Part shown: piece by piece, positions 1 to 9,399 of the stretch
How positions within the stretch are numbered: position 1 is the first letter of the stretch
Layout of the letters: every line of letters begins with the position of its first letter
DNA from: Myxococcota bacterium
GTDB lineage: Bacteria > Myxococcota_A > UBA9160 > JAFDDA01
Length of the DNA stretch: 64,000 nucleotides
Assembly (NCBI GenBank): GCA_965228475.1
Contig: OZ245817.1
Span: forward strand, 1,056,001 to 1,120,000
Reading direction: 5' to 3'
Made by a program: the position numbers and the translations under genes
Notes under the pieces: generated by a model
The model's database searches: none
What the model was told of the DNA's origin: nothing
What the model saw: the letters and a program-made list of their open reading frames with translations, nothing else

Positions 1-2
1 CG

Positions 3-320
3 CTCTACCTATCCGAACGTGGCGATCTCACGGCTGCGATCGAAGGCGAGTACAACCTTCGATTGACACAGCGCCTGGTGCTCCAGCCGCGCGTGGAGTT
101 CGGCTTCGCCGCGCAGGACGTGTCCGAACGCGAGCTCGGCGCCGGCATGACCGACGCCAACCTCGACCTCCGGCTGCGATACGAGGCCGAGCGCGAGATC
201 GCGCCCTATGTGGGCGTCCGCTACCGCATGCTCGTGGGAGAGACCGGGAACCTGGCAGAGGCGAGCGGAGGCGACGACGACGCGATCTTCGGCTTCGTCG
301 GGCTTCGCCTTGCGTTCTGA
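3..320 (+). CDS. copB: Copper resistance outer-membrane protein B, C-terminal part (5' end outside window)
   Basis: Frame is open from the window edge: LYLSERGDLTAAIEGEYNLRLTQRLVLQPRVE...LRLRYEAEREIAPYVGV...GLRLAF, typical CopB motifs with terminal Phe. Confidence 0.9.
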   Translation, partial: LYLSERGDLTAAIEGEYNLRLTQRLVLQPRVEFGFAAQDVSERELGAGMTDANLDLRLRYEAEREIAPYVGVRYRMLVGETGNLAEASGGDDDAIFGFVGLRLAF

Positions 321-377
321 TCGGGGCGGTCGGAGGGCTGGTGATGCGAGCCTCGGGCCGCGCCCGATCGCTGTCCC

Positions 378-989
378 ATGATCTCGGTCCAGGCCCGCAT
401 CGCGCTGTTCAATCTGATCCTGTGCACGGCGCCGTACCTCGGCCTGCGCGCATATCTATCGCTTGGCATGCACGACACCGCGGTCGCGGTAGCGCGGCCA
501 TCCTCCTGGCTGCTCGGATGTCTGTTCGTTCTCGGCGCTGCGATCCCCACAGCAGGCGTGCTATGGACGCTGCGCTCGGTGGTTCGCGACCGGTTGCACT
601 TCCGCCTGTCGGGCCTGCTCGAGTCGTATGCAGTCCTGATCGTACTGTTCGCAAGCGGCTACGCGATCGTCCAAGCCAGCCAGCTCGGGAGCAGCTTCAC
701 CGGGATGCCGGTCCTGTGGGCGGCCGACGATCCGCAGACCCTCGGGGTCCACGTCGGTCGGCTGCACGAGGTGTTCTTCGAGTCACTCTACCTGAGCGCC
801 ATGACGATCACGACGGTGGGCTACGGCGACGTCGCTCCGCTGACTCCGATGGGGAAGATCCTCACGGCCGTGGAGGGGCTCGCCGGGATCGGCTTCGTCG
901 GCGTCGCATTGGGCCACTACTTCTCCGTATGTCTCCGGCGGGATCGTCCGGAGCGCTCGCTCCGCCGGTCGCGTCGGCCAGGACGATGA
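378..989 (+). CDS. Potassium channel family protein (pore domain)
   Basis: FFESLYLSAMTITTVGYGDVAP selectivity filter flanked by TM helices. Confidence 0.85.
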   Translation: MISVQARIALFNLILCTAPYLGLRAYLSLGMHDTAVAVARPSSWLLGCLFVLGAAIPTAGVLWTLRSVVRDRLHFRLSGLLESYAVLIVLFASGYAIVQASQLGSSFTGMPVLWAADDPQTLGVHVGRLHEVFFESLYLSAMTITTVGYGDVAPLTPMGKILTAVEGLAGIGFVGVALGHYFSVCLRRDRPERSLRRSRRPGR

Positions 990-1038
990 CCCTCGATCCG
1001 CGCGGGTGGCATCGGTGGCGGTGCCGACGGGGAGCGGT

Positions 1039-2397
1039 ATGAGTCGGACCAGCAACCACGACACCGGTCGCGAAGGGGGCGGGGACTCCCAGTACCAAGG
1101 GGGGAGCCTCTCGCTTGTCGGCGCCGTGGCGATGGGCACGGGGGTGATGATCGGCGCTGGCGTCTTCGCGCTCACGGGCCAGATTGCGGAGCAGGCGGGC
1201 GGCCTCTTCCCCTACGCCTTCCTAGCAGCCGCCGGCGTGACCGGCTTCAGCGCCTACTCCTACGTCAAGCTGTCCAACGCCCATCCGTCCGCGGGCGGCA
1301 TCGCGATGTATCTCGAGAAGGCCTACGGCAAGTGCGTGGTGACCGCCGGCTGTGCGTTGTTGATGTACTTCTCGATGGTCATCAACGAGAGCCTCGTCGC
1401 TCGCACCTTCGGCACCTACGTGCTGCAGCTCTCCACGCTCGGCCAGGATCACTGGCTGGTGCCCGCACTCGGCGTGGGCCTTCTGGCATTCGCATTCCTC
1501 GTGAACATCGCAGGCAACCGCGTCATCGGTTCGTTCTCGCTGGCCATGGCGGCAGTCAAGATCGGCGGAATCGCGGTGTTCGCGATCGCCGGTCTGTGGG
1601 TAGCCGACTTCTCGGGTGCGGGTCTCGCCTCGACGAGGGAAGCCGGGCCCGGCGGATTCCTGGCCAGCATCGCCCTGGGCATCCTGGCCTACAAGGGGTT
1701 CACGACGATCACCAACAGCGGCGCCGAGCTCGAGGACCCGCATCGAAACGTCGGGCGCGCGATCGTCGTCTCGATCTCGATCTGCGTGGCGCTCTACTTT
1801 CTGATGGCGTGGGCCGTGGCGAGTGCCCTCGGCCTCGGGGAGATCATCGAGGCGAAGGACTACGCTCTCGCCGAGGCGGCGCGTCCTGCCGTCGGGCGGG
1901 CGGGCGTCTGGTTCACCGTGGGGCTCGCAATCGCGGCAACCGTTTCGGGGGTTATCGCCAGCGTGTTCGCCGTCTCCCGGATGCTGGCGATGCTCACCGA
2001 TATGGAGCTCGTTCCGCACCGTCACTTCGGCATGCCGGGCAGGATCCAGAGCCACACGCTCGTCTACACGATCGTGCTCGCCATGGTGCTCACGATTTTC
2101 TTTGACCTTAGCCGAATCGCGTCGCTCGGCGCGATCTTCTACATCGTGATGGACATCGCCGTGCACTGGGGCGTCCTGCGCCGTCTGCGCAGCGAGATCG
2201 AAGCGAACCCTGCGATCGTGGCCACGGCGATCGTCCTCGACGTGGTCGTGCTCTGTGCGTTCATGGCCCTCAAGGCCCAGAGCGACCCGCTCGTGGTCTA
2301 CGTCTCGCTGGCTGGAATGGCAGCGATCTTCGGCGGCGAGTGGATCTTCCTCCGGCGGGTCGGAGGCGATCCGGGGACGGGCTCCGGCGACAGTTGA
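1039..2397 (+). CDS. APC family amino-acid permease
   Basis: GTGVMIGAGVFAL TM1 motif, PSAGG loop, many TM helices; GGAG RBS before ATG 1039. Confidence 0.9.
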   Translation: MSRTSNHDTGREGGGDSQYQGGSLSLVGAVAMGTGVMIGAGVFALTGQIAEQAGGLFPYAFLAAAGVTGFSAYSYVKLSNAHPSAGGIAMYLEKAYGKCVVTAGCALLMYFSMVINESLVARTFGTYVLQLSTLGQDHWLVPALGVGLLAFAFLVNIAGNRVIGSFSLAMAAVKIGGIAVFAIAGLWVADFSGAGLASTREAGPGGFLASIALGILAYKGFTTITNSGAELEDPHRNVGRAIVVSISICVALYFLMAWAVASALGLGEIIEAKDYALAEAARPAVGRAGVWFTVGLAIAATVSGVIASVFAVSRMLAMLTDMELVPHRHFGMPGRIQSHTLVYTIVLAMVLTIFFDLSRIASLGAIFYIVMDIAVHWGVLRRLRSEIEANPAIVATAIVLDVVVLCAFMALKAQSDPLVVYVSLAGMAAIFGGEWIFLRRVGGDPGTGSGDS

Positions 2398-2499
2398 GAG
2401 TATCCTCACAGCGTCTCCGAGGCAGCAGAGAGGCCCACGAACGCCGTGCCAAGTCAGAAAGCCATACTCGGAGGTCCGGACGCTCTGCGCGCTGTGGTG

Positions 2500-2526
2500 G
2501 TCACCGCGACGCGTCCCCTCCGTAAT
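2500..2526 (+). promoter_or_regulatory. Putative ECF sigma promoter GTCACC-N14-CCGTAAT upstream of methyltransferase
   Basis: One of eight same-spacing intergenic copies. Confidence 0.65.
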
Positions 2527-2668
2527 TTACATGCAACACCGCGGCGCTACCGATGGAACGAAGGGGCTCCGCTCCTGTTGCTGACGGGGGAGGCTCCTGC
2601 GGCGATGCGGGACACCCCGGTTGGGGATGAAACATGCATCACGATCCGCGACGAAACGCGCCCCGCCC

Positions 2669-3313
2669 ATGAGCGGCCATCCCGACGTAGGCATCTCCGA
2701 CGAGGTCGAGCGGACGCGGCGGCTCTATCGTTGGGTCGCGCCCTTCTACGACACGTTCCGCCGGCTCTGGAGTCGCTGGACCCAGCCTGTGGAGGATGCT
2801 CTGGACGCCTGGTTTCGTGAACGCATCGGTCCGTCGAGCCGCATCCTCGAGCTGGCGCCCGGCACCGGCATCAATGTCGATCGGTTGCTTCGCCACGCGC
2901 CCGACTTCACCTCCTACCTGGGAATCGACTCGAGCCCGGAGATGCTCGATCGGGCCCGGGAGCGGAGCGGCGGGGACGCGCGGATGGAGCTTCGCCTCGG
3001 CGACGCGACGGATCTCGGCGGTGTCGCAGGAGCGTTCGACTTCATCGTCTGCACGTGGCTGCTCTCCCATCTCGACGCGCCCGCGGAGCTGGTGCGCGAC
3101 GCCGTCGGGCGGCTCGCTCCGGGCGGTTCGGCGGTATTCGTGTTCTTCTCGGCACCTCTGAACCCTGTCCGCCGCGGTGTCCTGTCGGCTCTCGGCCGCC
3201 CGTTTCGATACCGCTTCGTTGACGCCGAGACGCTGCGCGGCATCCCCAATCTCGAGAGCCTGGAGATCTGCGCCGGCGGGATGGCGACGGTCGCCTCGTT
3301 CCGCGCGCCGTGA
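2669..3313 (+). CDS. Class I SAM-dependent methyltransferase
   Basis: ILELAPGTG motif I, GIDSSPEML, GDATDL, FDFIVC; start could be 2621. Confidence 0.85.
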   Translation: MSGHPDVGISDEVERTRRLYRWVAPFYDTFRRLWSRWTQPVEDALDAWFRERIGPSSRILELAPGTGINVDRLLRHAPDFTSYLGIDSSPEMLDRARERSGGDARMELRLGDATDLGGVAGAFDFIVCTWLLSHLDAPAELVRDAVGRLAPGGSAVFVFFSAPLNPVRRGVLSALGRPFRYRFVDAETLRGIPNLESLEICAGGMATVASFRAP

Positions 3314-3327
3314 TTTCGTTGGTGACT

Positions 3328-4041
3328 CTAGTGGTGCTTGTAGAATCCAACTCCTCGAATGTCTGGCCACGATGTAGTCAGATGGCAGGCGTAGCACTCC
3401 CGCACCTCCGCATGCGGCTGCCGGGCGACCTTGGCCGAGAGCATCTTGAAGTGCTCCATGTAGTGGCTGGGCGGCGCTTGGTGGCACTGGGCGCAGTCTC
3501 GAGAGCGCGGCGTCGGATGTGCGAACGCGGGGACGTCCCAGGTGTTCGTCTCGTGGCAGTCGATGCATTCGCTGCCGAAGAGGTCGAAGTGCGTGTCCTG
3601 GTTCCCGTGGCAGGCGGCGCAGGCCAAGGAGTTCAAGGATCCGTCGCCACGCGACGTCGTCTCGCCGCGAGGCCAATCCGCGGCGATCCTCGCGAGGAGC
3701 TCGTGGTCGAGCGGTGCCCGCAGGCGGGAGGGGACGACGTGCTCGACGTGGCAGTCGGCACAGACCGCCGCCTCGGCGTGGAACGCGGTCGTCTGCCGCT
3801 GGACCAGCCGACCGTTCAACGCGTGGCAGGCGATACAGCCGTCGGCCTCGACGCCTCGGATCGGCTGGTGACAGTCACTGCATTCGAGGGCGAGGCGCTG
3901 GTGTGCTGGATCGAGCGGCCCGGGCTCACTCTGGGTTTCGACCCAGCCCCAGGCACCGCGCAGCGACGGGTCGTCGCAGCCCTGGAAGCCCGGTGCCAGG
4001 CATGCGACGAGGGCCAGAACTCGGGCGGCCGTCCAGCGCAC
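3328..4041 (-). CDS. Multiheme (7 CxxCH) cytochrome c, exported
   Basis: CSDCH, CIACH, CADCH, CAACH, CIDCH, CAQCH, CYACH; N-terminal signal-like segment. Confidence 0.9.
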   Translation of the reverse strand: MRWTAARVLALVACLAPGFQGCDDPSLRGAWGWVETQSEPGPLDPAHQRLALECSDCHQPIRGVEADGCIACHALNGRLVQRQTTAFHAEAAVCADCHVEHVVPSRLRAPLDHELLARIAADWPRGETTSRGDGSLNSLACAACHGNQDTHFDLFGSECIDCHETNTWDVPAFAHPTPRSRDCAQCHQAPPSHYMEHFKMLSAKVARQPHAEVRECYACHLTTSWPDIRGVGFYKHH

Positions 4042-4043
4042 GC

Positions 4044-4802
4044 CTAGAGCCAGCGCAGCCCGAGCCGAAGCTCGATCGCGACGTGCAGGGTCAGGAGCAG
4101 GTAGAGCGCGAACGTGAGGACGATGTGGATCCGAAGCCAGCGCGAGAACCAGGAGCGGAGGGTCTCTCCGGTTCGAAGGGCCGACTCGACCTCCGCCAGC
4201 GCGTCGGCGACTCGGAGGGCGCGCTGAACGGGAAGTTGGCCCAGCGTCGGGTCGCTCGGTCGATCGAAGAGCATCCCCCCGAGCCAGGTCCGGATTGGTC
4301 CCGCGAGCGGCACGAAGAGGGCGGACTGACCAGGGCTGGAGCGCACGACGGCGGCCAGCTCTGCATACTCCCGCTGGAGGCCGTCGCGCAGCTTCCGTTG
4401 GTCGCGGACGTCTTCACCGATCGCTCGCATCAAGTAGCGCCCGACGAACCCGCTCATCGCCACGATGAGCATGGAGGCGGTCAGCGCGATCCCGATCCGG
4501 CTCTCGAACCGATGCCCCGTGTGCAGGAGCGCGAGGATCGGGCCCAGGATCCCCGCGTAGATGTGCCAGGCCAGCAGCGTTCGCAGCGGGACCCTCTGGG
4601 TGATCGCTCTTCGGAGCGGCTTGATCCGCTTGACCGCGACGTAGGCCAGCGGGACGGTCATCAGCAGCGCTGCGGCGATCCCGAGCGCGGAGCCGGCCAG
4701 ACTTCCCGGGAAGCGCGGCGAGCGATGGAGCAGGAAGCCCAGCCAGAGCAGCAGCATCAGGGCAACGAGCCCTCCGATGACGAGACGCTCCCGCTCGCGC
4801 AC
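4044..4802 (-). CDS. Integral membrane protein, ferric-reductase-like transmembrane type
   Basis: TM helices with His (LAWHIYAG, ALLHTGH, WLRIHIVL, LTLHV); GTG start at 4802 inferred; packed between oxidoreductase and cytochrome. Confidence 0.7.
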   Translation of the reverse strand: MRERERLVIGGLVALMLLLWLGFLLHRSPRFPGSLAGSALGIAAALLMTVPLAYVAVKRIKPLRRAITQRVPLRTLLAWHIYAGILGPILALLHTGHRFESRIGIALTASMLIVAMSGFVGRYLMRAIGEDVRDQRKLRDGLQREYAELAAVVRSSPGQSALFVPLAGPIRTWLGGMLFDRPSDPTLGQLPVQRALRVADALAEVESALRTGETLRSWFSRWLRIHIVLTFALYLLLTLHVAIELRLGLRWL

Positions 4803-4804
4803 GG

Positions 4805-6721
4805 CTAGGCGTCCACCTCGAGGTCGGCTGTGGCCCGCGCCTGGCAGGCGAGGACGAGCCCTGCCGCCCGATCCTCGTCGTCGAGCCCGTCGTCGATCTC
4901 CATCGTGACCTCGCCAGAGAGGAGCTTCACGGTGCAGCTCCCGCAGGTGCCCGAGCGACACGACCATTCGATCTCTACGTCGACCGATTCCGCCGCGTCG
5001 AGGATCGTACGGCCGGCCGGGAGCGGCGCCGATTTCTTGGAGCGCGCAAAGGTCACGCTCGGCGCATTCGCTGGAGACACCTCCCGGAGCGCGATCGGCG
5101 GCGGCAGAGGAGCGACTGGGCCGAAGGACTCGAAACGGATCCGTTCGCGCGCCACGCCCAGCTCGAGCAGGAAGTCGCGCGTCGCGTCCATCATCGCCTT
5201 CGGTCCGCACAGGTGGACTCGTCGAGAGGCAATGTCCGGCAGCACCTCGCGGACGAGATCGGAGCCGATGCGGCCGGTGCGGCCGCGCCAGTCGGTTCCC
5301 TCCGGCTTCGACGCGGTCGCCACGACGCGGAGGTTCGGGTGTCGACGCGATAGACGCTCGAGCTCCTCGCGGAAGACGAAGTCTGCCGGAGTCCGGAAGC
5401 CGAAGAAGAGTGTGATCTTGCCGCCCCAGCCGCTGTCCGTCAGGTAGCGGATGACGCTCATCAGGGGCGTGATCCCAATCCCGCAGGCGATCAGGACGAT
5501 CGATGGATCCTCTTCGCCGGTGAAGGTGAATCGGCCGTAGGGAGCTGCGATTCGGAGTTCATCGCCTGCCGCCAGCGCGTCGTGCAGGTGGCGCGAGACC
5601 ACCCCTTCGGGCTCGCGCTTCACCGAGATCTCGCAGTAGGCACCCTGCGTAGGCGACGAAGCGATGGTGTACGAGCGCTTCACCAATGGGGCCGCCTCGC
5701 CGTGGGCCGGGACGAGGACGTTCATGAACTGGCCTGGGAGGTAGTCGAAGGGGAGCGGCCCCCCGTCGACAGCCGTCAAGCGGAAGGTCTTCACGTCCGG
5801 GGTCTCTCCGAAGATGCCGGCGACGCGCATCCGGGTCGAGCAGGGGTTCTTGCAGCCACCGCACGCCCCTGTCTTGCGCAGCTGCTCGAAGGCAGCGGCG
5901 CTATTCGCCGGCCCGGTCGCCCTCCGAACCGGCGCTGGTGAGCGAGCGGCACCCGAGTCGGCGTTTTCGGAGGGTGGTGCCGGATCCGGCGTCTCTGCGG
6001 GCTGATGTGCCAGCTCCCCCAGCAGCGCCGCCGCTCGACGCATCCTGTGGACGTGCATCGCGAGCATGCCGGCGGCCAACGTCGTGACGAATGCCATCGC
6101 GAAGAGGTGAAACCAAGTCAGACCCAACGGGCCACTCACCCGCTCGGCGCCGGCTCCCGTCAGGCCCATCTCGCCACGGAACCACCCGAGCGCGATCTCT
6201 CGAGGCTCTCTTCCCGCGGCGAGGGCCTGCGAGGTCGCAAGGCCGCTCTCGAGCTCGTCGAGTCCAGCCCGCGCTTCGGCCACAGCTTCCGACAGGTCGG
6301 CTCGGTCTCCCTCGCGCGTGGCCGTGTCGAGCGCCTCGATGCCACGCGCAAGGCGTTCGGCGCCATCGGCTCGCCGCCTGGCCGCGCGCTCCAACAGCTC
6401 GCGCTCGTGGTCCTCGGACAGATCCTCGAGCCGCATCATCTCGGGGTAGAGTTCCCGGGGCGGAGGGACGCCCATCCGCTCCATCATCGCGTCCATGTTG
6501 CCCATTCCACCGCCGGCCATCGGGGGCTCGCCCGGCTGAGGCCTTGATGACGCTCCCGGGGGGCCTCCAGGATGGTGCGATTCGTGCTCCGTCGAGTCGG
6601 TCTGCGCCCCGACGCCGCCCGCCAGGACTACCAATCCGGCCACCGCGGCAAGCGTTCCGGCCACGGAGGCCACCGGGTGGGTCGACCGAATCCGGCCGCA
6701 GGGGATCGCCTTCCGTCTCAC
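4805..6721 (-). CDS. Membrane-anchored FAD/NAD-binding oxidoreductase with C-terminal 2Fe-2S ferredoxin and His/Met-rich N-terminus
   Basis: RSYTIAS, GxVS, IACGIGITP, LCGP, CRSGTCGSC...LACQ; signal peptide, HESHH and Met-rich segment, one TM. Confidence 0.9.
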   Translation of the reverse strand: MRRKAIPCGRIRSTHPVASVAGTLAAVAGLVVLAGGVGAQTDSTEHESHHPGGPPGASSRPQPGEPPMAGGGMGNMDAMMERMGVPPPRELYPEMMRLEDLSEDHERELLERAARRRADGAERLARGIEALDTATREGDRADLSEAVAEARAGLDELESGLATSQALAAGREPREIALGWFRGEMGLTGAGAERVSGPLGLTWFHLFAMAFVTTLAAGMLAMHVHRMRRAAALLGELAHQPAETPDPAPPSENADSGAARSPAPVRRATGPANSAAAFEQLRKTGACGGCKNPCSTRMRVAGIFGETPDVKTFRLTAVDGGPLPFDYLPGQFMNVLVPAHGEAAPLVKRSYTIASSPTQGAYCEISVKREPEGVVSRHLHDALAAGDELRIAAPYGRFTFTGEEDPSIVLIACGIGITPLMSVIRYLTDSGWGGKITLFFGFRTPADFVFREELERLSRRHPNLRVVATASKPEGTDWRGRTGRIGSDLVREVLPDIASRRVHLCGPKAMMDATRDFLLELGVARERIRFESFGPVAPLPPPIALREVSPANAPSVTFARSKKSAPLPAGRTILDAAESVDVEIEWSCRSGTCGSCTVKLLSGEVTMEIDDGLDDEDRAAGLVLACQARATADLEVDA

Positions 6722-6775
6722 GCACGCTCCTGGGATGGACCTGCACCTCCACGGGAGAGGGCCTCGCTCGATGGG

Positions 6776-6802
6776 AATACGGGCAATGTCATCGGACGGG
6801 AC
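6776..6802 (-). promoter_or_regulatory. Putative ECF promoter (GTCCCG-N14-CCGTATT variant) for the oxidoreductase operon
   Basis: Same spacing, variant -35. Confidence 0.55.
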
Positions 6803-6832
6803 GGAGGAACGCCGTCTAACCGCCAGGTCCCC

Positions 6833-7903
6833 TCAGAACGCCGCGGTGAGGTCCCGGTCGTCGACCCTCAGCGCGGTGATCACACCGTCCAGATCGACTC
6901 CCTGGTGGCTGTGAACGATTCCGGCGGGAAGGTCGCCTCGTAGGACCTGGCGAACACACTCGCTGGCCACGACCGCGGTCATGCGAGCCTCCCGGCGCCC
7001 CGCGATGGAGAACTGGACACGTCTCGGCGCCCCGTTCGCATCGGTTCCGGTGGCCCGAGCCGCGACCCTGCAATGATCCGAGCCTCTGGCGGCACGCTGG
7101 AGGAGCGCGACGGTGGCGGCTCGCCATGGGTTGCGGCGAAGCACGGCACCGAGGGGCCGGCGAGAAGCCTGGGCGAGCAGCCACGTCCAGAAGCCGCTCC
7201 CAAAACGGATCCAAGACGAGACGGACCCGACGTCGAGAGTGCGCGCGAGAACGTGTTGGTCCGCGAAGTTGAAGCGATACATCGCGCTGGGACGAGATTC
7301 GCCCGGAAGGTCGAAACGTAGTATGTCGCCGAAGCTCCGTACGTTCTTCCTCTGCCCTTCTTCGAGCACCTCGTACGGGGCATCGAGATTGTCGAGGATC
7401 CATCCCAAGGCAGCCGCCCCGTGGTCGTCCCCGAAGCCGACATCGATCAGGAGGTCGATCCGTTCGGTCGCGGCCAAGGCGTCGTGGGCTCGCACGGCCA
7501 GGAGGTTCGTCAATCCCGGTGCCACGCCCACGCTCAACAGCGCTGTGGCGCCATGCCGACGCGCCGTGCCGTCGAGGCGCTCAACCTCCGTGAAGAAGTG
7601 ATCATTGGCGGTGATGTCCACGTAGTGGATCCGTCGAGCCAGGCACGATGAGGCAAACCGAGTGTTGACCTGATCGATGCATACCACGACCAGCACTATC
7701 CCCTCGAGCGCGTCGCTGGCGTTGGATGAGGAGAGATCGACGGCCCGGCCTATGGCACCGTTTCCGACGGTTCGCGCGGCCGACACCGCCCGGGCGCCGT
7801 CGCGCCCGCCAATACAGACGCGGCCGGGATAGCGGCCGGCCAGGCGCGCCGCGATCTTTGCGCCGACCTTTCCGTAGCCACCGACGACGAGAATGCGCCC
7901 CAT
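6833..7903 (-). CDS. Saccharopine dehydrogenase-like NAD(P)-binding protein
   Basis: ILVVGGYGKVG Rossmann motif, HYVDITA, SVGVAPGLTNLL. Confidence 0.85.
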   Translation of the reverse strand: MGRILVVGGYGKVGAKIAARLAGRYPGRVCIGGRDGARAVSAARTVGNGAIGRAVDLSSSNASDALEGIVLVVVCIDQVNTRFASSCLARRIHYVDITANDHFFTEVERLDGTARRHGATALLSVGVAPGLTNLLAVRAHDALAATERIDLLIDVGFGDDHGAAALGWILDNLDAPYEVLEEGQRKNVRSFGDILRFDLPGESRPSAMYRFNFADQHVLARTLDVGSVSSWIRFGSGFWTWLLAQASRRPLGAVLRRNPWRAATVALLQRAARGSDHCRVAARATGTDANGAPRRVQFSIAGRREARMTAVVASECVRQVLRGDLPAGIVHSHQGVDLDGVITALRVDDRDLTAAF

Positions 7904-7978
7904 TCCCACGCCTGCGCGTCGTCTCGATTCCATCGAAGAGCCTGAACCTCCTGCTGGCAACCGCAGGCATCCATCGAT

Positions 7979-8005
7979 CCTACGGCCCGTGGGAACCGCG
8001 GTGAC
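7979..8005 (-). promoter_or_regulatory. Putative ECF promoter GTCACC-N14-CCGTAGG (divergent pair, leftward)
   Basis: Motif copy upstream of saccharopine dehydrogenase-like gene. Confidence 0.65.
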
Positions 8006-8016
8006 CTGTGTCCGGC

Positions 8017-8043
8017 GTCACCGATCCGTCGCCGGCCCGTATT
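8017..8043 (+). promoter_or_regulatory. Putative ECF promoter GTCACC-N14-CCGTATT (divergent pair, rightward)
   Basis: Motif copy about 30 nt before the gdh ATG. Confidence 0.7.
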
Positions 8044-8072
8044 CCCGCCCAACTGGAGAGGGAGAGAGTGCC

Positions 8073-9380
8073 ATGGAAGCCGCGGATGTCTTCGAGGATG
8101 CAGTCAGCCGTCTGGTTCGGATCGGAGAAGATGCCGGCCTGAACTCGGAGACCCTCGCCGCATTGCAGCGTCCGCAGTCGCTCCACGAGGCGACTCTACC
8201 GGTCCGGATGGACGACGGGGGCACGCGCCACTTCCAGGCCTTCCGCTGCCGCTACAGCGACGTCCTGGGCCCGGCCAAGGGCGGGATCCGCTTCCATCCG
8301 AAGGTGAGCTCCGCCGAGGTCCGGGCGCTGGCGCTCTGGATGACGCTCAAGTGCGCCGTCGTCGGGATTCCGTTCGGAGGCGGCAAGGGCGGGGTCGTCG
8401 TCGATCCCAAGGGGCTGTCGCGTCTCGAGCTCGAGCGGCTCTCGCGCGCCTACATGCGGGCCATGGCCGACGTGGTGGGCCCCGATCGGGACGTCCCGGC
8501 GCCCGACGTCTACACGAACGAGCGGATCATGGGCTGGATGGCGGACGAGTACGAAGAGATCCGCCGGGCCAAGGCCCCGGCCGTCATCACGGGGAAGCCC
8601 ATCGAGCTCGGCGGGAGCCTGGGGCGCGACGAAGCGACGGGCCGCGGCGCCTTCCTCGTGCTTCAGGATCTGGCCAAGCGGCGCGGGCTTAGCCCCGGCG
8701 ATACGCGGATTGCCATCCAGGGGTTCGGAAACGCCGGCTCGCAGGTCGGACGTCTTCTCCAGGGCGCGGGCTATCGCGTGATCGCCGTCTCCGATTCCAA
8801 GGGCGGCGTGTTCGCGGGCGATGGCCTCGACGTCGAAGCGCTGCACCGGGAGAAGCAGGCGAGCTGCGGGCTGGGCGGCGTCTACTGCGAAGCCTCGGTC
8901 CGGAGCTGCTGTGGGCCCGCCAACGTGGAGCCGATCTCCAATGCCGATCTCCTGGAGCTTGACGTGGATGTCCTGATTCCGGCCGCGCTCGAGGGCGTGA
9001 TCGGCCAGGAGAACGTCGAGCGCGTGAGGGCACCGATCGTCCTCGAGGTTGCGAATGGGCCGGTCCGCAGCGAGGTCGACGCCCGCTTGGACGAGCGGGG
9101 AATCCTCGTCGTTCCCGACGTCCTCGCCAACGCCGGCGGCGTGGTCGTCAGCTACTTCGAGTGGGTCCAGAACCGACAGGGCCTGTCGTGGGGCCTCCCC
9201 GAGGTCCGGGACCGTCTGCGATCGGTGCTGGCCGAGGCCTTCGAGGTCGTGTGGGACTGTTGGCAGGCGGAGGGCGGCTCCATGCGACGAGCCGCCTACG
9301 TGACGTCACTGCGCCGTCTCGAAGCCGCACTCGCCGCGCACGGAGCGCGCGAGTACTTCGTCGAGCCGGTTCGCCGATGA
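8073..9380 (+). CDS. gdhA: Glu/Leu/Phe/Val dehydrogenase (glutamate dehydrogenase)
   Basis: GPAKGGIRFHP, PFGGGKGG, DVPAPDV, ITGKP, ATGRG, IQGFGNAG, EVANGP, NAGGVVVSYFEWVQN. Confidence 0.93.
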   Translation: MEAADVFEDAVSRLVRIGEDAGLNSETLAALQRPQSLHEATLPVRMDDGGTRHFQAFRCRYSDVLGPAKGGIRFHPKVSSAEVRALALWMTLKCAVVGIPFGGGKGGVVVDPKGLSRLELERLSRAYMRAMADVVGPDRDVPAPDVYTNERIMGWMADEYEEIRRAKAPAVITGKPIELGGSLGRDEATGRGAFLVLQDLAKRRGLSPGDTRIAIQGFGNAGSQVGRLLQGAGYRVIAVSDSKGGVFAGDGLDVEALHREKQASCGLGGVYCEASVRSCCGPANVEPISNADLLELDVDVLIPAALEGVIGQENVERVRAPIVLEVANGPVRSEVDARLDERGILVVPDVLANAGGVVVSYFEWVQNRQGLSWGLPEVRDRLRSVLAEAFEVVWDCWQAEGGSMRRAAYVTSLRRLEAALAAHGAREYFVEPVRR

Positions 9381-9399
9381 GCGCCGGTGACAGCGATCG

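Noticed and set aside
2531..2584. 17-aa ORF MQHRGATDGTKGLRSCC right after an ECF-like -10
   Set aside because: Too short to support and the ATG may precede the TSS; needs ribosome profiling
2669..3313. Methyltransferase as the missing BtaB partner
   Set aside because: 38 kb away, in a different putative regulon, with only generic class I motifs
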